Below, piece after piece: positions 17,643 to 25,769 of a DNA stretch of 52,269 nt. Made by a program: the position numbers and the translations under genes. Source of the stretch: Gemmatimonadales bacterium (GTDB taxonomy: Bacteria > Gemmatimonadota > Gemmatimonadetes > Gemmatimonadales > GWC2-71-9); contig DASZCG010000251.1 in assembly GCA_035943355.1 (NCBI GenBank), positions 1 to 52,269 of the forward strand, given 5' to 3'. A model generated the notes under the pieces. That model did not search any database, was not told the origin of the DNA, and saw only the letters and a program-made list of their open reading frames with translations. The stretch's first letter is position 1. Every line of letters starts with the position of its first letter.

Positions 17643-19775
17643 ATGAGCGGCGTTTGGCGACCCCTCGCGATCGTGTTGCTGCCGGCGCTTGTCGTTCCCG
17701 GACGCATGAGCGCTCAGGGCGATCCGTGGGCCGCGCCAGTGCGCGGGTCCTGGATCCGCGCGGGACCGGCCGCACCGGGCGACGTGGTCCTCGCGGCCGG
17801 CGATAGCGGCTGCGAAATCGTCGTCGGCTCCGCAGAAAAGCTGAATGTGCGACAGGCTGCGACGTTCCTGGCCGCGGACATCGAATCGATCAGCGGCTAC
17901 CGGCCGCCGCTCGTCGCAGCGCCTACCGCGGGCAGGACCAGTCTCCGTCTTGTCACGCTCGGCAATGAAGCACTGCCGGGTGCGATCAACGCGGCCGCCG
18001 TCTCCCTCAAGGACCAGTGGGAGGCCTATCGCGTGGTGACGGCGCCGCATGCCGTCTGGCTCGTGGGATCCAACCCGCGCGGGACCGCGTTCGCCGCCTA
18101 CACCCTGTCCGAGCGGCTCGGCATCGATCCGCTGTACTTGTGGACGGGATACCGGCCCGAGCACCACGACCCGCTGATTCTCAAGGCCACTCGGTTCGCA
18201 CAGGGACCTCCGACGTTCCGCTTTCGCGGCTTCTTCCACGACGACGAAGACATCCTGCCCCGGCCGTTCGACACGCGGGGCTATCCGCTCGTGACCGGCG
18301 ACGTTCCGCTCATCTGGTACCGCCGCTTCTTCGAGACCGCGCTTCGGCTGCGCATGAACATGGTCGCGCCGTATGTGCGGGTGCACCGCCGCTTCGAGGT
18401 TCAGCAGCTCGCGAGCGACTGGGGACTCTTCTATACCTCGCACCACTACGACATCCTGGTCTCCAACCCGTTCGGGATGACGACGTTCAACCTCGCTACC
18501 GAGCGCGGCGTGCGACCCGACTACGACTGGTTCACCAATCGGGAAGGCCTGCTGACGTATTGGCGCGGCGGCGTAGAGGAGAATCACGACCTGGATGTCA
18601 TCTGGCCCGTGGGCCTGCGCAACACGTCCGACCGCGCCTACACCTGGCCCGAGGGAACTACCGACGCCGACAAGGCGCGCGTGTTTCGCGAAGTGATCGG
18701 GCTCCAGACGGCCATGGTGCGCGATGCGCTGCCGCCGGGACGCACGCCGATCTTCCACTTCACGATGTACTCCGAGATGCTCGACCTGTACGCCCGAGAT
18801 CCCGCGGCCTTTGGACTGCCCGACGACGTGATCATCGTGTGGCCCGACGACAACAACGGCCACATGCGCGGGTTGCCCACCGATCGCGGACGGTGGAAGC
18901 ACGGCGTTTACTATCACCTGGCATATCTCGGTGTGAATCTCAGTAAACAGACCACGCACATCGTGGCTCCCGGCACGATCGCGAGCGAGTTCGAGAAGGT
19001 CGTGCAGGCGCGCGCGACCGAGTACATGCTCGTCAACGTCTCCGAGCTGCGGGACTACGTCATGGGCGCGCGCATGATCTCCGACATCACGTGGAACGCG
19101 CCCGCCGTCTACGCCGCTCGCGACCCCGCGGGACGATTCATCGAGTGGTGGACCCACGAGTATTTCGCTCCCGGCGCGGCTAACGCGCGGGCGGTCTACG
19201 ACCGCTATCACGCCCTGCTCGACACTCCCGACAAGCTGTGGTACGCCTCGGATGCAGCGTTGCATCTCGTCGATCGCCTGTGGCGCCGGGTCACGGGCCA
19301 GTCGTTCGCGGCGACCGACTCGGACACATTGAGCGTCCTCCGCGCGCGCCTCGTCCAGCTCGACAGCGCGCTGAGCGTAGAGGCACAAGCGGAATCGACG
19401 CTGACGGCGCCACAGCGGCAGTTCTTCTCGGTGGACGCCGCGCTCGGCCTGCGGATCGATGAACGCCAGACGCGCGCCACGCTACTGCTGGCGGACGCGC
19501 TTGCGGCGCCGGACTCGACGGCAATGTGGGCGCAAATCCGCCAGGCGTTGACGCCGCTGGAGCAGCTCGAAACGGAATTCGCCCGCGCCGAATACCCGCC
19601 CTTCGATCGCTGGTATCACGAGACCTGGATCCGGGCCGGCGTGCAGCGCAACAACCCGCACCGCGCGTACATGGTGTTGCGTGCGTTCATCGCGTCCGGC
19701 GGACGTTCCGAGCCACCGCCGGCCTTCAATCCCCCGCCACCCGCACCCGGACCGAACCGCCCTGTGCGGCCTTGA
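17643..19775 (+). CDS. GH115-like xylan alpha-glucuronidase, secreted
   Basis: Signal peptide present. GSNPRGTAFAAYTLSERLGIDPLYLWTGY and FRFRGFFHDDEDIL resemble the GH115 N-terminal/catalytic junction (GSDxRGTxYGxY..SExxGVSPWYWW; YRGxFxNDE). The tail is proline-rich. Confidence 0.65.
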   Translation: MSGVWRPLAIVLLPALVVPGRMSAQGDPWAAPVRGSWIRAGPAAPGDVVLAAGDSGCEIVVGSAEKLNVRQAATFLAADIESISGYRPPLVAAPTAGRTSLRLVTLGNEALPGAINAAAVSLKDQWEAYRVVTAPHAVWLVGSNPRGTAFAAYTLSERLGIDPLYLWTGYRPEHHDPLILKATRFAQGPPTFRFRGFFHDDEDILPRPFDTRGYPLVTGDVPLIWYRRFFETALRLRMNMVAPYVRVHRRFEVQQLASDWGLFYTSHHYDILVSNPFGMTTFNLATERGVRPDYDWFTNREGLLTYWRGGVEENHDLDVIWPVGLRNTSDRAYTWPEGTTDADKARVFREVIGLQTAMVRDALPPGRTPIFHFTMYSEMLDLYARDPAAFGLPDDVIIVWPDDNNGHMRGLPTDRGRWKHGVYYHLAYLGVNLSKQTTHIVAPGTIASEFEKVVQARATEYMLVNVSELRDYVMGARMISDITWNAPAVYAARDPAGRFIEWWTHEYFAPGAANARAVYDRYHALLDTPDKLWYASDAALHLVDRLWRRVTGQSFAATDSDTLSVLRARLVQLDSALSVEAQAESTLTAPQRQFFSVDAALGLRIDERQTRATLLLADALAAPDSTAMWAQIRQALTPLEQLETEFARAEYPPFDRWYHETWIRAGVQRNNPHRAYMVLRAFIASGGRSEPPPAFNPPPPAPGPNRPVRP

Positions 19776-19794
19776 AAACACGTTACACGTCGGC

Positions 19795-21045
19795 ATGATG
19801 CCACGTCGGCACGTCGGCACGTCGGCACGATGCTTGACGACATTGCTGGCGGTGGCGTGTGCTGTCGCGGCCTGTGCGCACCGCGGAGCGCCGCCGGTGG
19901 ACCCAGCTCGCGCACAGCACTGGCTCGGCACCTGGACCGCGTCCCCGCAGCTCGTGGAGTCCCGCAACATGCCGCCCGCGCCAGGGCTCACCGCGAGCAC
20001 ACTGCGGCAGGTGTTTCATGTCTCCATCGGCGGGCCCGTGATTCGGCTGCATTTCTCGAACGCGTTCGGTGATGCGCCACTCACCATCGCGGCGGCGCAC
20101 ATCGCCCGCTCGCGCGGAGCGTCGGCGATCGACACCGCCGCTGACCGCACGCTCACGTTCGCCGGCGTGGACTCGCTGCTCATCCCGGCAGGGGCTGCTG
20201 CGACCTCCGACCCCCTCGCGTATGAGGTGGCGCCCTTGAGCGACCTCACCGTCACCGTCCAGATCCGGACCGCCCCCGCTGCGTTGACGGGACATCCTGG
20301 CTCCCGAACTACGTCCTATCTGCAGGCCGGCAACTGGGTGACCGCGTCCGAGTTGCCCGACGCCGCGACCACTGATCACTGGTATCTGCTCACGGGACTG
20401 GACGTGGAGGCGAATGGCGCGGCCGTGGTCACGCTGGGCAACTCGATCACCGACGGCCGCGGCTCGGGAACCAATCGTAACGACCGCTGGCCTGACAACC
20501 TCGCCCGGCGCTTGCAGGCGGACTCGCGGACCCGCAACATCGCGGTGCTGAACGCGGGGATTGGCGGCAATGCCGTCGTCACCGGCGGACTCGGCCCTAC
20601 CGCGCTGGCGCGCCTGGATCGCGACGTCCTCGAACAACCCGGTGCGCGCTGGGTGATTCTCCTCGAGGGGGTAAACGACATCGGCGCGGCACGCGTGCCC
20701 GGCCAAGCCGCCACCGTGGCCCAGAGCCTGGTCGCGGCATACGGACAGATTGTCGAGCGGGTCCACTCTCGGGGCTTACGCATCTATGGCGCGACAATTC
20801 TGCCGTTCGGCGGTTCGCAGTACGATGGCGCAGAGCGCGAAGCGGCGCGCCAGGTCGTCAATCACTGGATCCGCACCAGCGGCGCGTTCGATGCGGTCAT
20901 CGACTTCGACGCGGTGTTGCGCGATCCCGCGCAGCCCACGCGCTTGTTGCCATCGACCGACACAGGCGATCACTTGCATCCCAACGAGGCCGGGTACCGG
21001 ATGATGGCGGATGCGATCGACCTCACGCTGTTCCTGTCGCGATGA
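19795..21045 (+). CDS. SGNH/GDSL hydrolase family lipoprotein (candidate carbohydrate esterase)
   Basis: The ORF-track ORF (19681) overlaps GH115. The start is likely ATGATG at 19795, giving a lipobox signal LLAVACAVAAC. SGNH blocks are LGNSITDG, GIGGN, LEGVNDIG and DHLHPN. Confidence 0.8.
   Translation: MMPRRHVGTSARCLTTLLAVACAVAACAHRGAPPVDPARAQHWLGTWTASPQLVESRNMPPAPGLTASTLRQVFHVSIGGPVIRLHFSNAFGDAPLTIAAAHIARSRGASAIDTAADRTLTFAGVDSLLIPAGAAATSDPLAYEVAPLSDLTVTVQIRTAPAALTGHPGSRTTSYLQAGNWVTASELPDAATTDHWYLLTGLDVEANGAAVVTLGNSITDGRGSGTNRNDRWPDNLARRLQADSRTRNIAVLNAGIGGNAVVTGGLGPTALARLDRDVLEQPGARWVILLEGVNDIGAARVPGQAATVAQSLVAAYGQIVERVHSRGLRIYGATILPFGGSQYDGAEREAARQVVNHWIRTSGAFDAVIDFDAVLRDPAQPTRLLPSTDTGDHLHPNEAGYRMMADAIDLTLFLSR
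19803..19829. repeat. Tandem octamer (ACGTCGGC) x3 plus partial unit, with a fourth copy 8 nt upstream (19787..19794)
   Basis: Read directly: ACGTCGGC-ATGATGCC-ACGTCGGC-ACGTCGGC-ACGTCGGC-ACG-ATG. Confidence 0.9.
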
Positions 21046-22400
21046 CGCGCTGGCTGGGGGGGGGGCCGGCCGGCGTCTTGATCGCGGCGCTCGGACTGCG
21101 GGTTGTCGACGCGCAGCAGCTCACGTTCACGCCGTATCACGCCGATGCCACGTACGCCGTCCACGAGCGCATTGGCTGGCGGGTGGAGGTGACCGCCGGG
21201 CAAACGGCCACCGGCCCGTACACGTACACGCTCAAGCGAGACGGGCGGGCGGTCATCGGCACAGGCACGCTGGACCTCTCGACCGGTCACGGCACTATCG
21301 AGACTTCGCTCGACCGCCCCGGCATGTTGCTCGTAGAGGTGCGACCTCCGGCGGGAGCGCTCGGTTTTCATGGCGCGAGTAAATCGGAGGTGGGCAGAGT
21401 GCTGCTCGGCGCGGCAGTCGCACCGCGGGAGATTCGACCCTCGGCGTCGCGGCCGCGCGACTTCGACGCCTTTTGGGCGGCTCAGGTGAGCCGTCTCGAT
21501 TCCATCCCCCCCGACCCGGTGCTCACTCCCGGCGAGAGTGGCCGGCCGGACGTCACATACTTCACGATTCGCATGAACAACGTGAAGGGTGCGCACATCT
21601 ACGGGCAGCTGGCCACGCCGGCGCGCCAGAATGAAGGACAGGCGGGCTTTCCGGCTCTCCTCATTCTTCAATGGGCGAGCGCGCCTTACCCCTTACAACG
21701 AGAGTGGGTAACCAACTATGCGGCCCAAGGCTGGCTGGTTCTCAACGTGGAGCCGCACGACGTGCCCGCCGACATGCCGCGCGCGTTCTACGACGCGCTG
21801 CCGCAGTTGATCAAGGATTACCGCCTGATCGGGCGAGACAGCCGGGAGGAGAGCTACTTTCTCCCGATGTATTTGGGCGACTACCGCGCCGCGGAGTATC
21901 TCGCGGGACGATCGGATTGGGACGGCCGAACTCTCGTCGTCATGGGCACGAGCATGGGTGGACAGCAAGGCTTCGCGGTTGCCGGACTCGACCCGCGCGT
22001 TACGGCGCTCCTCGCGCATGTGCCGGCCGGTTGTGACTTTCTCGGTCCGCTACACGGCCGCGCGGCGCCGTATCCCAACTGGGACGTGGAACGCGCGGAC
22101 GTTCGCGCCGCGGCCGGCTACTTCGACGCCGTCAACTTCGCGCCGCGCATCCACGCGCGCGCGCTGATCTCGATGGGATTCATCGACGAGACCTCACCGC
22201 CTGCGGGGATCTGGGCGGCGTTCAACCATCTGGCGGGCTCCAAAGAGGCCGCGCCGATGGTGGAGTCGCCGCACAACCATCTCGCCACGCCCGAGCAGAT
22301 GGCGCCCTACACCGAACGCGCTTCCGCCTGGCTCGCGGCACTGCTGCGGGGCGACAATCCCACCGCCCCCCCCCCGATCGCCACTCCGGCCAGGCGCTAG
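21042..22400 (+). CDS. Acetylxylan esterase (AXE1/CE7-like fold), secreted
   Basis: ATGA overlap with the upstream gene. DFDAFWAAQVSRLDSIPPDPVL is the AXE1 N-terminal pattern. GTSMGG is the nucleophile elbow. ESPHNH is the C-terminal His region. Confidence 0.75.
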   Translation: MTRWLGGGPAGVLIAALGLRVVDAQQLTFTPYHADATYAVHERIGWRVEVTAGQTATGPYTYTLKRDGRAVIGTGTLDLSTGHGTIETSLDRPGMLLVEVRPPAGALGFHGASKSEVGRVLLGAAVAPREIRPSASRPRDFDAFWAAQVSRLDSIPPDPVLTPGESGRPDVTYFTIRMNNVKGAHIYGQLATPARQNEGQAGFPALLILQWASAPYPLQREWVTNYAAQGWLVLNVEPHDVPADMPRAFYDALPQLIKDYRLIGRDSREESYFLPMYLGDYRAAEYLAGRSDWDGRTLVVMGTSMGGQQGFAVAGLDPRVTALLAHVPAGCDFLGPLHGRAAPYPNWDVERADVRAAAGYFDAVNFAPRIHARALISMGFIDETSPPAGIWAAFNHLAGSKEAAPMVESPHNHLATPEQMAPYTERASAWLAALLRGDNPTAPPPIATPARR

Positions 22401-22401
22401 A

Positions 22402-23220
22402 ATGTCCGCGGGCGAGGCGTTCTCGATCACGGGCCGTGTCGCGGTCGTCACCGGCGGCTATGGTGTGTTGGGCGGCGCCATCGCCTCAGGGCTAGCGCGC
22501 GCAGGCGCGGCTGTCGCGATCCTGGGCCGGCGCGCCGAGGCCGCAGAGCAGAAGGCCGCCGCGATTCGCCGCGAGGGCGGTGACGCGTCCGTCCTCATCG
22601 CCGACGTGCTCGAAGAAACCCCGCTGCGGCGCGCCCGGGATCAGATCATTCAGGCGCGCGGCCGCGTGGACATTCTGGTCAACGCCGCCGGTGGCAACGT
22701 TGCGCGGGCCCGAAGCGACACCACGCCGGTATTCGACGTGCCGCTCGACGCGCTGGACGAGGTGCTGCGGCTCAATTTGCACGGGACCCTCCTCCCCTCG
22801 CTGGTTTTTGGCGACGCGATGGGGCGTCAGCGCTCCGGCTGCATCGTGAACATTTCCTCGATGGCGGCGCAGCGCGCGCTCAGCGGTGTCCTTGGGTATT
22901 CGATCGCCAAGGCGGGCATCGACGCGTTGACCCGTTGGCTCGCCGCCGATTTGGCACGCCGGTATGGCGACAAGGTGCGCGTCAACGCGATCGCTCCCGG
23001 GTTTTTTGTGACGGAGCAAAACCGCAACGTCTTACTCAATTCCGATGGCTCCTACACGGAGCGCTCCCGCGCGATCATCGCGCAGACGCCCATGGGAAGA
23101 CTTGGCAAACCGGAGGAGATCGTCGGAGCGGTGCTGTGGTTGTGCAGCGATGCGGCCTCCTTCGTGACGGGGGTCGTGCTCCCCATCGACGGCGGATTCA
23201 GCGTTTCCAGTGGGGTCTAA
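22402..23220 (+). CDS. Classical SDR oxidoreductase (YjmF/UxuB-like or KduD/IdnO-like sugar-acid dehydrogenase candidate)
   Basis: VAVVTGGYGVLGGAIASGLARAGAAVAILGR (TGxxGxxG), NAAG, and the YSIAKAG (YxxxK) catalytic motif. Starts 1 nt after the preceding stop. Confidence 0.85.
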   Translation: MSAGEAFSITGRVAVVTGGYGVLGGAIASGLARAGAAVAILGRRAEAAEQKAAAIRREGGDASVLIADVLEETPLRRARDQIIQARGRVDILVNAAGGNVARARSDTTPVFDVPLDALDEVLRLNLHGTLLPSLVFGDAMGRQRSGCIVNISSMAAQRALSGVLGYSIAKAGIDALTRWLAADLARRYGDKVRVNAIAPGFFVTEQNRNVLLNSDGSYTERSRAIIAQTPMGRLGKPEEIVGAVLWLCSDAASFVTGVVLPIDGGFSVSSGV

Positions 23221-24454
23221 TCACGTCCGCTGGACGGTCGTCGCGCTGCTCTTCGCGGCGACCACCGTCAACTACATCGACCGTCAAGTCCTCGGCATCC
23301 TTGCGCCGACATTGACGCGCGAGCTCGGATGGCGCGAGACCGACTACGCCGCGATCGTGTCGTGGTTCAGCGTCGCCTACGGCATTGGCTTGCTCGGCGT
23401 TGGGCGCTTTCTCGACCGCATCGGCGTGCGGCGCGGCCTCGCTAGCGCCGTGGCGGTGTGGAGTCTGGCGGCGATGGGCCACGCGCTGGCCCGCACCGTC
23501 ACCGGGTTCAGCGTGGCGCGCGCCTTCCTGGGCGTCGGCGAGTCGGGGAATTTTCCCGCGAGCATCAAGGCAGTGGCCGAGTGGTTTCCGAAGCGCGAGC
23601 GGGCGCTCGCGACGGGGATCTTTAACGCGGGCACCAACGTCGGCGTGGTGCTCGCGGCGCTGTTGGTTCCCTGGATCACGCTGGCGCTGGGATGGCGTTG
23701 GGCCTTTGTGGCCACGGGGACGCTCGATCTCGTCTGGCTCGCCGTGTGGCTCACGATGTATCGGCCGCCGAGTGAGCACCCGCGGCTATCACGGGCCGAG
23801 CTGGCATGGATTCGCAGCGACCCAGCGGAACCCACCGGCCACGTCGCCTGGCGCAGTCTCCTCGCGCACCGTCAAACCTGGGCGTTCATCGTCGGCAAGG
23901 CGCTGACTGACCCGGTGTGGCTCTTCTACCTCTTCTGGCTCCCCAAATTCCTCGACGCGACCTTCGGCGTTCGGCTGGCGGGGCTGGCGGCGCCGCTCGT
24001 CGTGATCTATGTGGCTGCCGACATCGGCTCGGTCACCGGCGGCTGGATGTCCGGGGCGCTCATCACGCGCGGCCGGAGCGTGAATCGCGGCCGCAAGACC
24101 GCGCTGCTGATCGCCGCCCTCTGCATCGTGCCGACGACACTCGCGCCGGCGGCTCACAGCATGTGGCTCGCCGTCGGCATCGTCGCGGTCGCCGCCGGCG
24201 CGCACCAGTGGTGGTCCGCCAACCTGTTCACCACGGCGAGCGACATGTTTCCGCGCCGCGCGGTCGCGTCCGTGGTCGGGCTCGGCGGGTTCGCGGGAAT
24301 GGCGAGCGCCTTTGCGTTCCAACGCTTCACCGGTGCCCTGCTCGAGGCGACGGGCGGTAGTTATGCGCCGATCTTTGCGGTGCTGGGACTCGCGTACGTC
24401 CTGGCGCTGGCGCTGCTCCACTTGCTCGCGCCGCGACTCGAGCCCGTCGCCTAG
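23210..24454 (+). CDS. MFS transporter, ACS/ExuT-like hexuronate transporter
   Basis: TTVNYIDRQVLGILAP, GESGNFPASIKAVAEWFPKRERALATGIFNAGTNVG and 12 helices resemble ExuT-type transporters. 11-nt overlap with the SDR gene. Confidence 0.8.
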   Translation: MGSNHVRWTVVALLFAATTVNYIDRQVLGILAPTLTRELGWRETDYAAIVSWFSVAYGIGLLGVGRFLDRIGVRRGLASAVAVWSLAAMGHALARTVTGFSVARAFLGVGESGNFPASIKAVAEWFPKRERALATGIFNAGTNVGVVLAALLVPWITLALGWRWAFVATGTLDLVWLAVWLTMYRPPSEHPRLSRAELAWIRSDPAEPTGHVAWRSLLAHRQTWAFIVGKALTDPVWLFYLFWLPKFLDATFGVRLAGLAAPLVVIYVAADIGSVTGGWMSGALITRGRSVNRGRKTALLIAALCIVPTTLAPAAHSMWLAVGIVAVAAGAHQWWSANLFTTASDMFPRRAVASVVGLGGFAGMASAFAFQRFTGALLEATGGSYAPIFAVLGLAYVLALALLHLLAPRLEPVA

Positions 24455-24478
24455 CTCCTTCGGGCGGGGCGGCCGCGC

Positions 24479-25759
24479 TTGCAGCGGGCCAGTCATCAGA
24501 TCAGTTTATCACCTGTGAAAATCGCGGACATTCGCGCGACCCCCGTCTCGGTGCCGCTGGAGGCCCCGTTGCGCCACGCCAACGGCTGCCACTGGGGCCG
24601 CTTCGTGCGCACCATTGTCGAGGTCGAGACCGACACCGGACTCATCGGTCTCGGCGAGCTCGGCGGCGGGGGCGAGAGCGCGAGCGCCGCCGTGCAGGGG
24701 CTGAAGTCGTATCTCGTTGGGCGCGATCCCACGCGCCTCGAAGAAATGCGGTTTCTTGTCGCCAACCCGACCGCGTCCCTGTACAACCTACGGACGCAGA
24801 TGCTCGCCGCCGTCGAGTTCGCGTGCCTCGACCTGATGGGGCAGCACTGGGGGGTGCCGGTCTGCGAAATCCTTGGCGGCCGGCTGCGCGATCGGGTGCC
24901 GTTCGCGTCGTACCTGTTCTTCCGCTACGCGAACGCGAACAACGGAGCCGCCGAAGTGCGCACGGTCGACCAACTCGTGACGGAGGCTCGCGCGCTCAAG
25001 GTGCAGTGTGGGTTCACGACCCACAAATTGAAGGGGGGCGTGTTCCCGCCGCGCTACGAGCTGGAATGCTATCGCGCTCTCGCCGATGCGTTGCCGGGCG
25101 ATAGCCTGCGCTTCGATCCCAACGGCGTCTGGTCCACGGAGCAGGCAATCTGGTTCGGACATCAAATCGAGGATCTGAACAACGACTACCTGGAGGACCC
25201 GGTCTATGGGCTGCACGGCATGCGCCGCACCCGCGACCGGATCCGAATGCCGCTCGCCACCAACACCGTCGTCGTCGGCTTCGAACAACTGGCGGCCAAC
25301 GTGCTTCAGACCGCGGTGGACGTCATTCTCCTCGACACCACGTTCTGGGGCGGGATCCGCCCCTGCATCAAGGCCGCCGGCATTTGCGAGGCCTTCCAGT
25401 TCGGCGTCGCCGTGCATTCCTCCGGCGAACTCGGCATTCAGTTGGCGACGATGCTCCACCTCGGCGCGGTCCTTCCGAACCTCACGTTCGCTGCCGACGC
25501 GCACTACCATCATCTCGTCGACGACGTGATCACGGGGGGCAAGCGGCCGTACTGCAATGGCGCGATGGAGGTGCCGACCGCCCCGGGACTCGGCGTGACG
25601 CTGGACCGCGAGCGCGTGGCCCGCTATCACGAGGCGTTCCTTCGGCTCGGCACGTACCCCTACGACCAGGACCCGCTGCGCCCGGGCTGGGCACCACTGA
25701 TCCCAAACACGCGCTGGGCCGATCCGGCCGACGCGCGCGTCCCGCACGTGCCGGCCTGA
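24479..25759 (+). CDS. Enolase-superfamily dehydratase, glucarate dehydratase (GudD)-like
   Basis: [10 protein letters not shown] (KxK), RFDPNGVWS (metal Asp), YLEDPV (metal Glu), LATNTVV and AVHSSGELG line up by eye with E. coli GudD blocks. An alternative GTG start at 24515 would give [10 protein letters not shown]. Confidence 0.8.
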   Translation: MQRASHQISLSPVKIADIRATPVSVPLEAPLRHANGCHWGRFVRTIVEVETDTGLIGLGELGGGGESASAAVQGLKSYLVGRDPTRLEEMRFLVANPTASLYNLRTQMLAAVEFACLDLMGQHWGVPVCEILGGRLRDRVPFASYLFFRYANANNGAAEVRTVDQLVTEARALKVQCGFTTHKLKGGVFPPRYELECYRALADALPGDSLRFDPNGVWSTEQAIWFGHQIEDLNNDYLEDPVYGLHGMRRTRDRIRMPLATNTVVVGFEQLAANVLQTAVDVILLDTTFWGGIRPCIKAAGICEAFQFGVAVHSSGELGIQLATMLHLGAVLPNLTFAADAHYHHLVDDVITGGKRPYCNGAMEVPTAPGLGVTLDRERVARYHEAFLRLGTYPYDQDPLRPGWAPLIPNTRWADPADARVPHVPA

Positions 25760-25769
25760 AGTCGCGCGC

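Noticed and set aside
16298-17707. 469-aa minus-strand alternative-frame ORF and 353-aa plus-strand ORF (16585..17646) over the SSS transporter gene
   Set aside because: The transporter frame gives 13-14 clean hydrophobic helices and the SSS signature. The alternatives are Arg-rich nonsense.
17601-19388. 595-aa minus-strand ORF antisense to the GH115-like gene
   Set aside because: The product is Arg/Gly/Pro/Val-rich and low in information, with no recognisable motif. It lies fully inside a well-supported plus-strand gene. Long stop-free antisense frames are expected in GC-rich coding DNA.
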